Origin: Candidatus Zixiibacteriota bacterium
GTDB taxonomy: Bacteria; RBG-13-66-14; B26-G2; WVWN01
DNA: 64,000 nt
Direction of reading: 5' to 3'
Assembly (NCBI GenBank): GCA_050117845.1
Contig: JASFLY010000001.1
Coordinates: 256,001 to 320,000, forward strand
Shown: in pieces, positions 1-9,416 of the stretch
Numbering within the stretch: the first letter of the stretch is position 1
Layout: every line of letters begins with the position of its first letter
Notes under the pieces: generated by a model
Seen by the model: only the letters and a program-made list of their open reading frames with translations
Told to the model about the DNA's origin: nothing
Database searches by the model: none
Made by a program: the position numbers and the translations under genes

Positions 1-1041
1 GCCCTCCGGCATGGCGGCCGTCAGGGCCACGATGCTCTCGTCCTTCTCGGCGAGTTCCTCCAACGCCTCGGCGAAGACCTTGGTGTAAGCCTTGCCATTC
101 GACTTCTTACGGGCCTCGCCGGTCGCGACGTCGAACGGGGGGTGGCCGTGGTAGGTCGTGGCGTCGTTCTCGGCCGGCGCGTATCCCCGCCCCTTCTGCG
201 TCAGCACGTGCAGGAGCACCGGGCCGTTCAGTTTCTTGACCCCTTCGAGCGAGCGCACCAGCGTGGGCAAGTCATGCCCCTTGACCGGGCCGACGTAACG
301 GAAGCCGAGCGCCTCGAAGATCATCCCCGGCGTCAACAGGTTTTTAATGGACTCCTCCAGCCGCCGGGCCGCGCCGAAGAGCGGCTGGCCCACGGTCGGA
401 ATGGACTTGACCAGGTCCTGCACGTCCGACCGGAAGCGGTCGTACGCGGGGAAAGTTATCACCCGGGCGAGGTAGTCGGCGATGGCCCCCACCGACGGCG
501 ATATCGACATCTCGTTGTCGTTCAGCACGACGACGAAATCGGTATCGGGGCAATCGCCGGAGACGTTCAGGCCCTCCAAAGCGCAGCCGCCCGAGAGCGC
601 GCCGTCGCCGATGACGGCGATGACGTCGAAGTCCTCGCCGTTCTGGTCGCGGCCCAGCGCCATCCCCAGCGCCGCCGAGATGGAGGTGGAGGCGTGGCCC
701 ACGCCGTACGCGTCGTATTCGCACTCCGCGCGCTTGGGGAAGCCGGAGATGCCGCCCTTCTGCCGCAGCGTATCGAAGCGGTCTCGCCGGCCGGTCAGAA
801 TTTTATGGCCGTACGCCTGGTGGCCCACGTCCCACACGATTTTGTCCCGCGGCGTATTGAAGACGTAATGCAATGCGATGGTGAGTTCGACCACGCCCAG
901 GCTCGGCGCCAGGTGGCCGCCGGTTCGTGATACGTTTTCAATTATAAACGTGCGCAGCTCGTCGGCGACGATCTCGAGTTCCTCGAGCGTCAACGAGCGC
1001 AAGTCGTCCGGTGAGTTGATGCCGGATAGGATGTCCGTCAT
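1..1041 (-). CDS. dxs: 1-deoxy-D-xylulose-5-phosphate synthase, N-terminal part (runs off the window edge)
   Basis: Hand-translated, absent from the ORF track: MTDILSGINSPDDLR...GGHLAPSLGVVELTIALH...DVGHQAYGHKILTGR...GHASTSISAALG...GDGALSGG...LNDNEMSIS. Lies downstream of the ispA-like gene. Confidence 0.95.
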   Translation of the reverse strand, partial: MTDILSGINSPDDLRSLTLEELEIVADELRTFIIENVSRTGGHLAPSLGVVELTIALHYVFNTPRDKIVWDVGHQAYGHKILTGRRDRFDTLRQKGGISGFPKRAECEYDAYGVGHASTSISAALGMALGRDQNGEDFDVIAVIGDGALSGGCALEGLNVSGDCPDTDFVVVLNDNEMSISPSVGAIADYLARVITFPAYDRFRSDVQDLVKSIPTVGQPLFGAARRLEESIKNLLTPGMIFEALGFRYVGPVKGHDLPTLVRSLEGVKKLNGPVLLHVLTQKGRGYAPAENDATTYHGHPPFDVATGEARKKSNGKAYTKVFAEALEELAEKDESIVALTAAMPEG

Positions 1042-1078
1042 GTCGTTCCTTCCACGGGCCGCCGCGCCGGGCCGGCCG

Positions 1079-2161
1079 TCAGTGCGTCCTCCGCAAGAGG
1101 ACCTCGGCCCACCCGGCGAGCAAGTCGCGATACTCGCCCGGCGGCAACACTTCCAATTCCTTTAAAGCTTCTTCGTAATAACGATGAGCGCGCTCCCGGG
1201 CGTACGCAACGCCGCCGAGCGCCGTTAACTTCTCGATTAAATTATTTATATCCGACTCGGCCGCCGCCGGATCGCCCAGCGCTTCCGCTATGTAGCGCCG
1301 CTCGTCCGCCGAGGCGTTCTCGTACGCGCCGAGCACGACCGCCGTCCGCTTCCCCTCGCGCAGGTCGGAAGCGGCCGTCTTGCCCGTTTTCCCGTCGTCC
1401 GAGGTATAGGCCAGCGTATCGTCGACGTGCTGGAAGGCCGTGCCGCAGCCGGCGGCGAAGCGACCCAATGCGGCGACGACGTCCGGCGCCGCGCCGGCCA
1501 CCGTCGCCCCCGCCCGGGCGCACCACTCGTACAGGGCGCCGGTCTTCTTCGCCATCATGGACTCTACCGCGTCGAGGCCGGTTTCGGCCAGCGGCCGGAC
1601 GCCGAGTTGAACGTCCTCGGCCTCCCCGGCCAGGATCGCCGGCACCGTCACCGTCGCGAGTTCATTCCCTATTCGTGCCGCCGTCTCGACCGACGTTACG
1701 CCGTTTTCCGGGAGCCGCGACACGAGGTGCGCCGCCCAGCAGGGCCCGACGTCCCCGGCCAGTACGGCCATCGACAGGCCGTAATGCCGGGCCTCGTCGC
1801 CCGCGAAGCCCAGCTCGTCCTCGCCCCGCCGCGCCAGTTCCGCGTGCACCGCGGGGCCGCCGCGCCGCCGGTCGTCCCGGTCGATGACGTCGTCGTGCAC
1901 CAGCGTCCAGTTATGCGTGACCTCCACCGCCGCCCCGGCCGCCAGCGCCCACTGCTCCTCGCCGCCGCCGGCGCCGCAGAAGAAGAGCACCGCCGCCGGC
2001 CGGAGGCCCTTGCCGCCCCGCGCCAGGTACGCGCCCGCCGCGGCCCGGAGGTGTTCGGGCTCCACCGAGGCGAGGAAGGCGTCGTCGGCCAGGTACTCCC
2101 GCACCAGGCCGGCCCGCCGGGCTACCGCCGCCCGCACGTCGTCAGGGGTTAATACGCTCAA
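1079..2161 (-). CDS. Polyprenyl diphosphate synthase (IspA/GGPP synthase family)
   Basis: GGKGLRP, LVHDDVIDRDDRRRG (first Asp-rich motif), KKTGAL, FQHVDD, SDLREGK. Sits in xseB-ispA-dxs synteny. Confidence 0.9.
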   Translation of the reverse strand: MSVLTPDDVRAAVARRAGLVREYLADDAFLASVEPEHLRAAAGAYLARGGKGLRPAAVLFFCGAGGGEEQWALAAGAAVEVTHNWTLVHDDVIDRDDRRRGGPAVHAELARRGEDELGFAGDEARHYGLSMAVLAGDVGPCWAAHLVSRLPENGVTSVETAARIGNELATVTVPAILAGEAEDVQLGVRPLAETGLDAVESMMAKKTGALYEWCARAGATVAGAAPDVVAALGRFAAGCGTAFQHVDDTLAYTSDDGKTGKTAASDLREGKRTAVVLGAYENASADERRYIAEALGDPAAAESDINNLIEKLTALGGVAYARERAHRYYEEALKELEVLPPGEYRDLLAGWAEVLLRRTH

Positions 2162-2394
2162 TCTTCCTCCGGGATATCCTCGAGGGCCGGTTCGCCGTCC
2201 TCGTCCCGTGACAGCTTCTGGACCTTCGTCTCGGCCTCGTTCAGCATCTTCTCGAGGCGGCCGGCGACCTCGGTTCCCTCCCGGTAGAGGTCGAGCATGC
2301 CGTCGAGCGTCTCGGGCCCCTCTTCCAGGAGTTCGACTATCTCGGTCAAGCGCGCCAGGTCTTCCTCGTAGGTTTTATTTTTCTTCTGGGCCAA
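2158..2394 (-). CDS. xseB: Exodeoxyribonuclease VII small subunit
   Basis: TYEEDLARLTEIVELLEEG...LYREG...LNEAETKVQKL. Follows xseA. Confidence 0.9.
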   Translation of the reverse strand: MAQKKNKTYEEDLARLTEIVELLEEGPETLDGMLDLYREGTEVAGRLEKMLNEAETKVQKLSRDEDGEPALEDIPEED

Positions 2395-2395
2395 T

Positions 2396-3637
2396 TTATT
2401 CCCCTTCGCGGCCGGGCAGGACTTCTACGTCCCGGCGGCCGTCGGCGAAATTTAACGTCAACGTTTCCCGGTCCGCCGCGTCGGCGGCGTGCCTGACAGT
2501 CCGGCCTTCCCGCGTCGCGACGTTGTAGCCGCGCGCCAGCGTCGCCTCCGGCGACAGGGCCCGAAAGCGGCCCGCGAATTCGGCGAAGCGGCTTCGGAAC
2601 CGGCCGCCGGCGTTCCGGGCGGCAAGGGCGACCCGGCCGCAGGTCTCGTCCAGTTGTTGGCGCCGCTCGTCCAGCCGCCGCGGCACTCCCCGGAACGCGT
2701 ACGATTGCCGCATAGCCAGTACGTCCTCGCGCCGGTCCTCGGCGTACGCCACGGCCGCGGCCCGGCAGGCCTGCCGGCCCGAGGCCACCTCGTACGCCAC
2801 GTCGGCCTTGACGCGCACGGCCAGTTCCGCCGCCGCCGAGGGCGTGGGCGCCCGGACGTCCGCCGCGAAGTCGGTCAACGCCCAATCCACCTCGTGCCCC
2901 ACCGCCGAGATAACCGGCGTGCGCGAGGCCGCGACCGCCCGAACGGCAACCTCCTCGTTGAAGGCCCACAGGTCCTCGAGCGAACCGCCGCCCCGGCCCA
3001 CGATGAGAACGTCGGCGACGGCCGCCTCGTCGAAGGCCGCGATGGCCGCGGCCACGTCGGCCGCCGCCCCCTCGCCCTGCACCAGCGAGGGCCGAAGTAC
3101 TATCGTAATCCCCGGCCAGCGCCGCGTCAACACGTTTTTTATGTCGCGAAACGCCGCCCCCGACGGCGACGTGACGACGCCCACGGTCCGGGGGTACGGC
3201 GGCAACGGCCTTTTGCGCTCCTCGTCGAAGAGGCCCTCCGCGGCCAGTTTCTTTTTGAGGCGCTCGAGCGCCGCCATCAGCTCGCCCTCGCCACGGAGGG
3301 AGAGCGACTCCACGTAAAGCTGGTACGAGCCCTGCGGCGGGTAAACGCCAACGCGCCCCCGCGCCACGACCTCCATGCCGTTCTCGGGCGCGAAGCGCAA
3401 CCGCGTGTTCGCCGGGGCGAAGAAGACGCACCTTATCACGGCGGCCTCGTCCTTGAGCGAGAAGTACATGTGCCGGGCCGCGTGGTGCTTGAAGTTCGAT
3501 ATCTCGCCCCGCACCGCCAATTCGCCGTCGAACGCGCCCTCCAGCGTGGCCCGGATTTCGGCCGTGAGTCCGCCCACGGAGTAGACCTCCGGCCCCCGGG
3601 GCTGTTCGAACAACGGCAGATCGTGGCCTTCGCTCAT
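2396..3637 (-). CDS. xseA: Exodeoxyribonuclease VII large subunit
   Basis: GEISNFK, HMYFSLKD, VTSPSGAA, RGGGSLEDLWAFNEE, SAVGHE, RAPTPSAAAE. Confidence 0.95.
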   Translation of the reverse strand: MSEGHDLPLFEQPRGPEVYSVGGLTAEIRATLEGAFDGELAVRGEISNFKHHAARHMYFSLKDEAAVIRCVFFAPANTRLRFAPENGMEVVARGRVGVYPPQGSYQLYVESLSLRGEGELMAALERLKKKLAAEGLFDEERKRPLPPYPRTVGVVTSPSGAAFRDIKNVLTRRWPGITIVLRPSLVQGEGAAADVAAAIAAFDEAAVADVLIVGRGGGSLEDLWAFNEEVAVRAVAASRTPVISAVGHEVDWALTDFAADVRAPTPSAAAELAVRVKADVAYEVASGRQACRAAAVAYAEDRREDVLAMRQSYAFRGVPRRLDERRQQLDETCGRVALAARNAGGRFRSRFAEFAGRFRALSPEATLARGYNVATREGRTVRHAADAADRETLTLNFADGRRDVEVLPGREGE

Positions 3638-4476
3638 AGCGTAATATTCACGCCCGCGGCCCGGGCGACGTTCGCGAGCAGTAGCGCCGTCGTGACCGGC
3701 CCGACGCCCCCCTTAGCCGGCGTTATAAACGCGGCCTTCTCCCGCGCCTCGTCGAACGCCACGTCGCCGACGACCTCGCCTTCCGCCGTGAAGTTGTAGC
3801 CGCAGTCGATTACCGCCGCCCCGGCCTTCACCATATCGCCCTTCACCAATTCCGCCGCCCCCGCCGCCGCCACCAGGATGTCGGCCCGGCGGCAGGCCGC
3901 CCCCAGGCCCGCCGTCCGCGTGTGGCAAATCGTCACCGTGGCGTGCCGGGCGACCAAAAGCGCCGCCACCGGCTTCCCCACCACCGGCGACCGGCCTACC
4001 ACCGTCGCCTCCGCCCCGGAAAGCTCGACGCCCGCCGCTTCGAGGATGCGGACCGCCGCTGCCGCGGTCGAGGGCACGAAGCCGGGCCTCCCGGCCCAAA
4101 GCCGTCCCAGCGAAGCGCTGGTCTGGCCGTCGACGTCCTTGTCCACGTAAATCAACTCCGCCAGATCGGCGTCGGCCTCGCGGCCGGCGAACGGCTTCTG
4201 GAGAATGACGCCGTGCACCGCCGCGTCGCCGTTGATCTCGGCGAGGACGCGGGCCGCCTCTTCCACGCCCCGCTCCAACTCCCGGACGGCGACCTCAACG
4301 CCGACGCCCTCGCCGGCGCGCGCCAAGGAACGGGTATAGGCCGCGGCCCCGCCGTCGCCCCGGGCCAGTACGACGACCAAACGCGGCCCCGCGCCCGACG
4401 CGGCCACCGCCGCCGCCGTCTTTTCCTTCAGGCCGGCCGCGAACTCTTTTCCGTCGAAAACGATAGCGGGAGCCAT
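3634..4476 (-). CDS. folD: Methylenetetrahydrofolate dehydrogenase/cyclohydrolase
   Basis: KDVDG, VVGRSPVVGKP, ATVTICHTRT, GDVAFD, GGVGPVT. Confidence 0.93.
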   Translation of the reverse strand: MAPAIVFDGKEFAAGLKEKTAAAVAASGAGPRLVVVLARGDGGAAAYTRSLARAGEGVGVEVAVRELERGVEEAARVLAEINGDAAVHGVILQKPFAGREADADLAELIYVDKDVDGQTSASLGRLWAGRPGFVPSTAAAAVRILEAAGVELSGAEATVVGRSPVVGKPVAALLVARHATVTICHTRTAGLGAACRRADILVAAAGAAELVKGDMVKAGAAVIDCGYNFTAEGEVVGDVAFDEAREKAAFITPAKGGVGPVTTALLLANVARAAGVNITL

Positions 4477-4477
4477 A

Positions 4478-5881
4478 TCAATTCACCCCGTAGGATTTGA
4501 GCTTGCGTTGGAGGGTCCGGAGGCCGATGCCGAGGACCTTGGCCGCCCGGGTGCGATTGCCGCCCACTTCCTTCAGCGTGGCCTCGATGAGGTAGCGCTC
4601 GGCGTCGGCCAGCTTCATGCCCACGCGCACGCCGTCCGCCTTGACCTCCTCCACCGAGCGGCGGACGTTTGGCGGGATGTCCTCGCGCGTCAGCCGATGC
4701 GTCCGCGACATGACCGCCATGCTCTCGACGACGTTGCGCAGCTCCCGCACGTTCCCCGGCCACTGGTAGGCCCGGAAGAGCCAGATAACGTCGTCGTCCA
4801 CGCCCTCGATGGCGAGGTGGTTCTTCTCGTTGAACTCGCGGATGAAAGCGTTGACCAGGAGCGGGATGTCCTCCGCCCGCTCGCGCAAGGGCGGCACGTC
4901 CACCGTCACGACCTTGAGCCGGTAATATAAATCCTCCCGGAAGGTCCCCGCGGCCACGACGTCCTCGAGGGGGACGTTGGTGGCGGCGATGAGGCGCACG
5001 TCGGCCTGGATGTTCTCCGACCCGCCGACCCGCTGGAAGACGCCGTCCTCCAGAACGCGCAGGAGCTTGACCTGGGTGGGAAGCGGTATCTGAGAGACCT
5101 CGTCGAGGAAGAGCGTCCCGCCGTCGGCCCGTTCGAAGCGGCCGCGGTGCTGTTTGACGGCCCCGGTGAAGGCGCCCTTCTCGTGGCCGAAAAGCTCGGA
5201 CTCCAGGACCCCCTCGGCCAGCGCCGCGCAGTTGAGTTTCACCAACGGCTGGTCGCGGCGGCGGCTGTTGTAGTGGACCGAGTCGGCGATGAGCTCCTTG
5301 CCGGTGCCGCTCTCGCCGTAAATAAGAACGGTCGCGTTTGTGGGGGCGATGCGGGTGATGAGTTCGTATATCTCCTGCATCGGCTTGGAGCGGCCTATGA
5401 TGCGGTCGAAGGAATACTTCTCGAAGAGGCGCGACTTGAGTTCCAGGTTCTCGAGCTCGAGCTTGCGCTTCTCCAGCGCCTTCTCCACCACCCGCGCGAG
5501 GCGCTCCGGGTCGATGGGCTTTAGGAGGTACTCGTACGCCCCCCGCCGCGTGGCCTCGACGGCGTTCTCGATGGTCCCGTGGCCCGTGAGGATGATGAAG
5601 GGGACCGCGGGCCACTTCTCGCGGCCCATCATGAGGAAATCGAGGCCGTCTATCCCCGGGATGACCATATCGGCGATGACGACGTCGACGACCTCATCCT
5701 CGAGGATTTTTAAGGCCGCGACGACGTCGAACGCGACGTAGGTATCGTAGCCGTCCGCGCGCAGCAGTTCGGCCAGGCCCTCCGCCGCGGCGCGATGGTC
5801 GTCCACCACGAGTATGGACGTGCCCCCGGCCGAAGCCGTACGCGTAACTTTTTTTTCGGTCGCTGTCTCTTCTTTCGGCAT
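4478..5881 (-). CDS. Sigma-54-dependent NtrC-family response regulator (REC-AAA-Fis HTH)
   Basis: Receiver domain (ILVVDD...D...K), GESGTGKE, ESELFGHEKGAFTGA, WPGNVRELRN, C-terminal NRTRAAKVLGI. Confidence 0.93.
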   Translation of the reverse strand: MPKEETATEKKVTRTASAGGTSILVVDDHRAAAEGLAELLRADGYDTYVAFDVVAALKILEDEVVDVVIADMVIPGIDGLDFLMMGREKWPAVPFIILTGHGTIENAVEATRRGAYEYLLKPIDPERLARVVEKALEKRKLELENLELKSRLFEKYSFDRIIGRSKPMQEIYELITRIAPTNATVLIYGESGTGKELIADSVHYNSRRRDQPLVKLNCAALAEGVLESELFGHEKGAFTGAVKQHRGRFERADGGTLFLDEVSQIPLPTQVKLLRVLEDGVFQRVGGSENIQADVRLIAATNVPLEDVVAAGTFREDLYYRLKVVTVDVPPLRERAEDIPLLVNAFIREFNEKNHLAIEGVDDDVIWLFRAYQWPGNVRELRNVVESMAVMSRTHRLTREDIPPNVRRSVEEVKADGVRVGMKLADAERYLIEATLKEVGGNRTRAAKVLGIGLRTLQRKLKSYGVN

Positions 5882-5928
5882 ATAAGGCGCGGATTATAAC
5901 TTATCGGGCAAATGTTTTCAAATCGGTA

Positions 5929-8016
5929 TTATTCCGGGGCGCCCCGGCCGCGGGCGAGTTCCGCCGCCCGGGTACGAGCCGCCTCGGCCGCCGCGTCGTT
6001 CCCGGCCGCGGCGTAGCACTCGGCGAGCAGCGCGAAGGGCCCGGGCGACGTCGGCGCCACCGCCGTCTCGTCCTCGAACTCCCGCGTCGCCGCCGCCAAA
6101 TCCCCCTGTTCCAGGTAATACTTGCCCAGGATCAAGTGGGCACGGGGCACGGTCGGGTCCAGCGCCAGCGCATCCCGCGCCGCCGCCACGCCGCCGGCGT
6201 AATCGCCCATCTCCATTAGAACGCCGGCGTAGCGGGCCCGAGCCGCGGCGTCTCCGGGCGTCAGGGCCAACAGACGCTCGAAGGCCCGGCCGCTCTCGAC
6301 GTATTCCCCCCGGGCCACGTGGCACTCCGCCAGGACGCGCCACGCCTCCACGTAGGTCGGGTACGTCTCCACGGCCGTCTTGAGGAACGGAATCGCCAGG
6401 CCGTAATCGCCGCGCCGGGCCAGGCTCGACCCCAGAAAGTAATTCGTCTCCGCGTCGCCGGGGTCGATTTCGAGGGATTTCAAGTAATAATAGCGGGCCA
6501 GGTCGTCGCGGCCCTGGCGCTCGTACACCAGGCCGAGGTACCCCAACGCGAAGGCGTTGTCCTCCTTGTATCCCACGGCGCGCCGGTAATGCTCCGCCGC
6601 CCGGTCGAGGTCCCCCTGGACCATGTAATACGTGCCGTAGTTGAAGTACGACTGCGTCATTATGCCGTCGCGGTCGCAACCCACGCCCGGCAGCCACGAG
6701 AACGCGAGGAGGAGCGCCGCCGCCAGGGTTATAAAGGTCGCGGCCAGCCAACGGCGCCGCCGCCAGTCGTCCCCGAGCCGGTACGCGCCGTAGCCGGCGG
6801 CTACCGCCAGGGCCGGCGCCAACGGCAGGCGGTACCAGTCGACGACGAAGAACAGCAGTATCGACGCCGCCACCGCCGGGACGTATATCGCCAGGGCCCG
6901 GCGGCCCGGCGGCTCGCCCCCCGTCCCGAGGACGAGGCCCAAAGTCCCCAGCGCGAAAAGCAGGCCGAAGTAGGGAACGGGGACACGGTGGAAGAACGAG
7001 AAGTTCCCCCGGAAATTGAAGTCGGTGTTGAGCGTCACCTCGTAGTTGTTGCACAGGAGCGAAATCTTCCGGCCGTACAACTTCGCCGCGTCGCCCGGGT
7101 TGCGAACTATGTAGCGCAGGCCCCGTTTGAACCACCAGCGCGACGCCTCGGAGGCCGACAGCTCCCGGCCCAGGGCCCGCTCGGCGATGACCCGCGTCTG
7201 GCTTTCGTTCAACGACTCCGGCCTGCCCAACGTCCCCGGCGGGGCCGCGAAGGAACCCGGCGCGTTTCGGTTGTTCCCAATGAAGAAATTGACGCCGCCC
7301 TGGGACGAAACGACGACCCAGTCGCCGGAGACGAGGCCGTTGCGTACGGTCACCGCTCCCACGAACAGGATTACCGGTACCGCGAATAGAGCGACCACCC
7401 GCCAGAACCGGCCTCGGCGCAAAATAGGCCAGAGGGCGAGCGCCGGCACGAACAAGAGGAGGTTGGGCCGGGCCAACCCCGCCACGCCGAACAGCGCCCC
7501 CGCCCCCAGGGCCGCGAGGGGCCAGCGGCGGCCCGCGTCGAGCGACCGGGCCAAGAGCAACAGCGACGCCGCGACGAGAAAGAGCGTGAGCGACGCCGGT
7601 AGAATTTGCGTATCGAAGTAGACCGCCGGGAGGTAGACGACCCAAAGGCCCCCGGCGATGGCCGCCGGAACGCGGCCGAACAACCGCCGGCCCAACACGT
7701 AAATGAAGGCCGCCGTCAACGCGCCGAGGACGAGCTGCACGAATATTACGGCGTAGAGGTGGACGCCGAAGACCCGGTAGACCAACGCCAGGAAGAAGGC
7801 GTAGGCCGGCCCGATGTAATAGGCCACGCCGGCGTCCGCGCCCCCCAGAAGGCTCACGGCCCAGTTGTGGTACAGCGCGGCGTCCGGGACCGCGTCCACG
7901 TAGGTCATCAACGGATCGTTGCGTACCGTCAGGAAGTAGATTACGCGGAACGCGAGGGCCGCCAAGAAAATAACGGCCGGCCCGGGGCCGCCAATTTTAC
8001 GCCATAATTTTCTCAT
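5929..8016 (-). CDS. GT-C/PMT-like polytopic membrane protein with C-terminal TPR repeats
   Basis: Multiple hydrophobic helices with DAALY, RPN and NFFIGN motifs, followed by helical TPR-like repeats. ATG at 8016 preferred as start. Confidence 0.75.
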   Translation of the reverse strand: MRKLWRKIGGPGPAVIFLAALAFRVIYFLTVRNDPLMTYVDAVPDAALYHNWAVSLLGGADAGVAYYIGPAYAFFLALVYRVFGVHLYAVIFVQLVLGALTAAFIYVLGRRLFGRVPAAIAGGLWVVYLPAVYFDTQILPASLTLFLVAASLLLLARSLDAGRRWPLAALGAGALFGVAGLARPNLLLFVPALALWPILRRGRFWRVVALFAVPVILFVGAVTVRNGLVSGDWVVVSSQGGVNFFIGNNRNAPGSFAAPPGTLGRPESLNESQTRVIAERALGRELSASEASRWWFKRGLRYIVRNPGDAAKLYGRKISLLCNNYEVTLNTDFNFRGNFSFFHRVPVPYFGLLFALGTLGLVLGTGGEPPGRRALAIYVPAVAASILLFFVVDWYRLPLAPALAVAAGYGAYRLGDDWRRRRWLAATFITLAAALLLAFSWLPGVGCDRDGIMTQSYFNYGTYYMVQGDLDRAAEHYRRAVGYKEDNAFALGYLGLVYERQGRDDLARYYYLKSLEIDPGDAETNYFLGSSLARRGDYGLAIPFLKTAVETYPTYVEAWRVLAECHVARGEYVESGRAFERLLALTPGDAAARARYAGVLMEMGDYAGGVAAARDALALDPTVPRAHLILGKYYLEQGDLAAATREFEDETAVAPTSPGPFALLAECYAAAGNDAAAEAARTRAAELARGRGAPE

Positions 8017-8215
8017 GGTGGGATCAATCAAAAAACTGCTACGCCAAAATGGCCGCCTATCATAATACTCCACGGATTTTATGTCAATAGGTTGTTATTT
8101 TAAGGGGAATCGGAACGGAAAGGTTGTGGAAACAGGCCGGCGGGCCGTCGATATTATTAACGCGAAGCGGCGGCCTTTAAGCCCGCCGCCCGTCACGGCG
8201 TAGGAGGAGCTGGGA

Positions 8216-8439
8216 TTGGGGTTTTCCCTTGCCTGAATTCAAAGGAAAAGACCGGCCGCTTCAGTGGCCGGTGCCTAACCCGCGTAGCGTAAAACGCCGG
8301 TTTCAACCGGCGCGAAGTAATGGCCAGAGCGGCGCCGGATGTTGCTACCTTTGGGATAGGCATTCCCGCCGGTCGGGCCGTCAGGTGGTAACACCCGACG
8401 GCACATCGTTGGCCGTGTTTGGGGTTTTCCCTTGCCTGA
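8216..8439. repeat. 21-bp exact direct repeat (TTGGGGTTTTCCCTTGCCTGA) flanking a cassette of palindromes
   Basis: Copies at 8216-8236 and 8419-8439. Confidence 0.85.
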
Positions 8440-8460
8440 TATCGAGTTATAATATAAAAT
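8432..8460 (+). promoter_or_regulatory. Putative sigma70 promoter of menA
   Basis: TTGCCT-17 nt-TAAAAT. GGAGG lies upstream of the ATG at 8510. Confidence 0.55.
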
Positions 8461-8509
8461 CCATTCCGCGTCGGCGCCGATGCCGACCCCGCTCGGAGGG
8501 ATTATCCTT

Positions 8510-9415
8510 ATGAAAAAATGGATTGTGGCAATTCGGGCCCCGTTCTTCACCGCCGCCATCGCGCCCGCCGTCGTGGGCGTGGCCGTGGCCTTCTACGAGG
8601 GATACGCCGTCAACTGGTGGCACGCTATAATCGCCCTCGTCGGCCTTATGGCCATTCACGGCGGCACGAACCTCGCCAACGACTACTTCGATCACCGCTC
8701 CAAGAACGACTGGGTCAACAAAACCCCCACGCCGTTTTCGGGCGGCTCCCGCGTCATCCAACAGGGCGCGCTTTCACCCCGGGCGGTGTTGATTTACGCG
8801 CTGGCCTGTTTCGCCGTCGGCATCGTCTGCGGCCTTTACCTCTGGCGCGTCACCCCCGGCAACGTCGTCCTGTGGCTGGGGATAGTGGGCGTGGCGTCCG
8901 GCTTCCTGTATACCGCCCTGCCCATCGCCATCGGCTATCGCGGCATCGGCGAATTCTTCGTCGGCCTGAACTTCGGGCCGCTGGCCGTCCTGGGTGCCCA
9001 TTACGTGCAGGCGGGGACGCTCTCCCCGGCGGCCCTCATGGCCTCCATCCCGGTGGGCCTCCTCATCGCCGCGGTGCTTTACATCAACGAGTTCCCGGAC
9101 TACGAGGCCGACCGGCAGGTAAACAAAAGGACCCTTATCGTCATCTTCGGGCCGGAGCGTTCGCGCTACGGTTACATCGCCATAATCGCGCTGACGTACG
9201 CCGCCATCGCGGCCTTCGTCGCGATAGCGGGCCTGCCGGCCTGGGCGCTGTTGGGCCTGTTAACGCTGCCGCTCGCCGTCAAGGCCTCCGCCGTGCTAAT
9301 GCGTCACTACGGCGAGCCGTACAAGCTAATCCCGGCCAACGGCCTGACGATAGTTATCCACTTCGCGACCGGCCTTCTGGTCGCGGTGGGCCTTGCGCTC
9401 GGCCGCGTTATTTAA
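8510..9415 (+). CDS. menA: 1,4-dihydroxy-2-naphthoate octaprenyltransferase
   Basis: W...IRAPF, NLANDYFD, FSGGSRVI, YRGIGE, NEFPDYEAD...KRTL. UbiA-type transmembrane pattern. Confidence 0.9.
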   Translation: MKKWIVAIRAPFFTAAIAPAVVGVAVAFYEGYAVNWWHAIIALVGLMAIHGGTNLANDYFDHRSKNDWVNKTPTPFSGGSRVIQQGALSPRAVLIYALACFAVGIVCGLYLWRVTPGNVVLWLGIVGVASGFLYTALPIAIGYRGIGEFFVGLNFGPLAVLGAHYVQAGTLSPAALMASIPVGLLIAAVLYINEFPDYEADRQVNKRTLIVIFGPERSRYGYIAIIALTYAAIAAFVAIAGLPAWALLGLLTLPLAVKASAVLMRHYGEPYKLIPANGLTIVIHFATGLLVAVGLALGRVI

Positions 9416-9416
9416 A

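Noticed and set aside
8216..8439. CRISPR array
   Set aside because: Only two 21-bp copies, 182 bp apart, and no cas genes.
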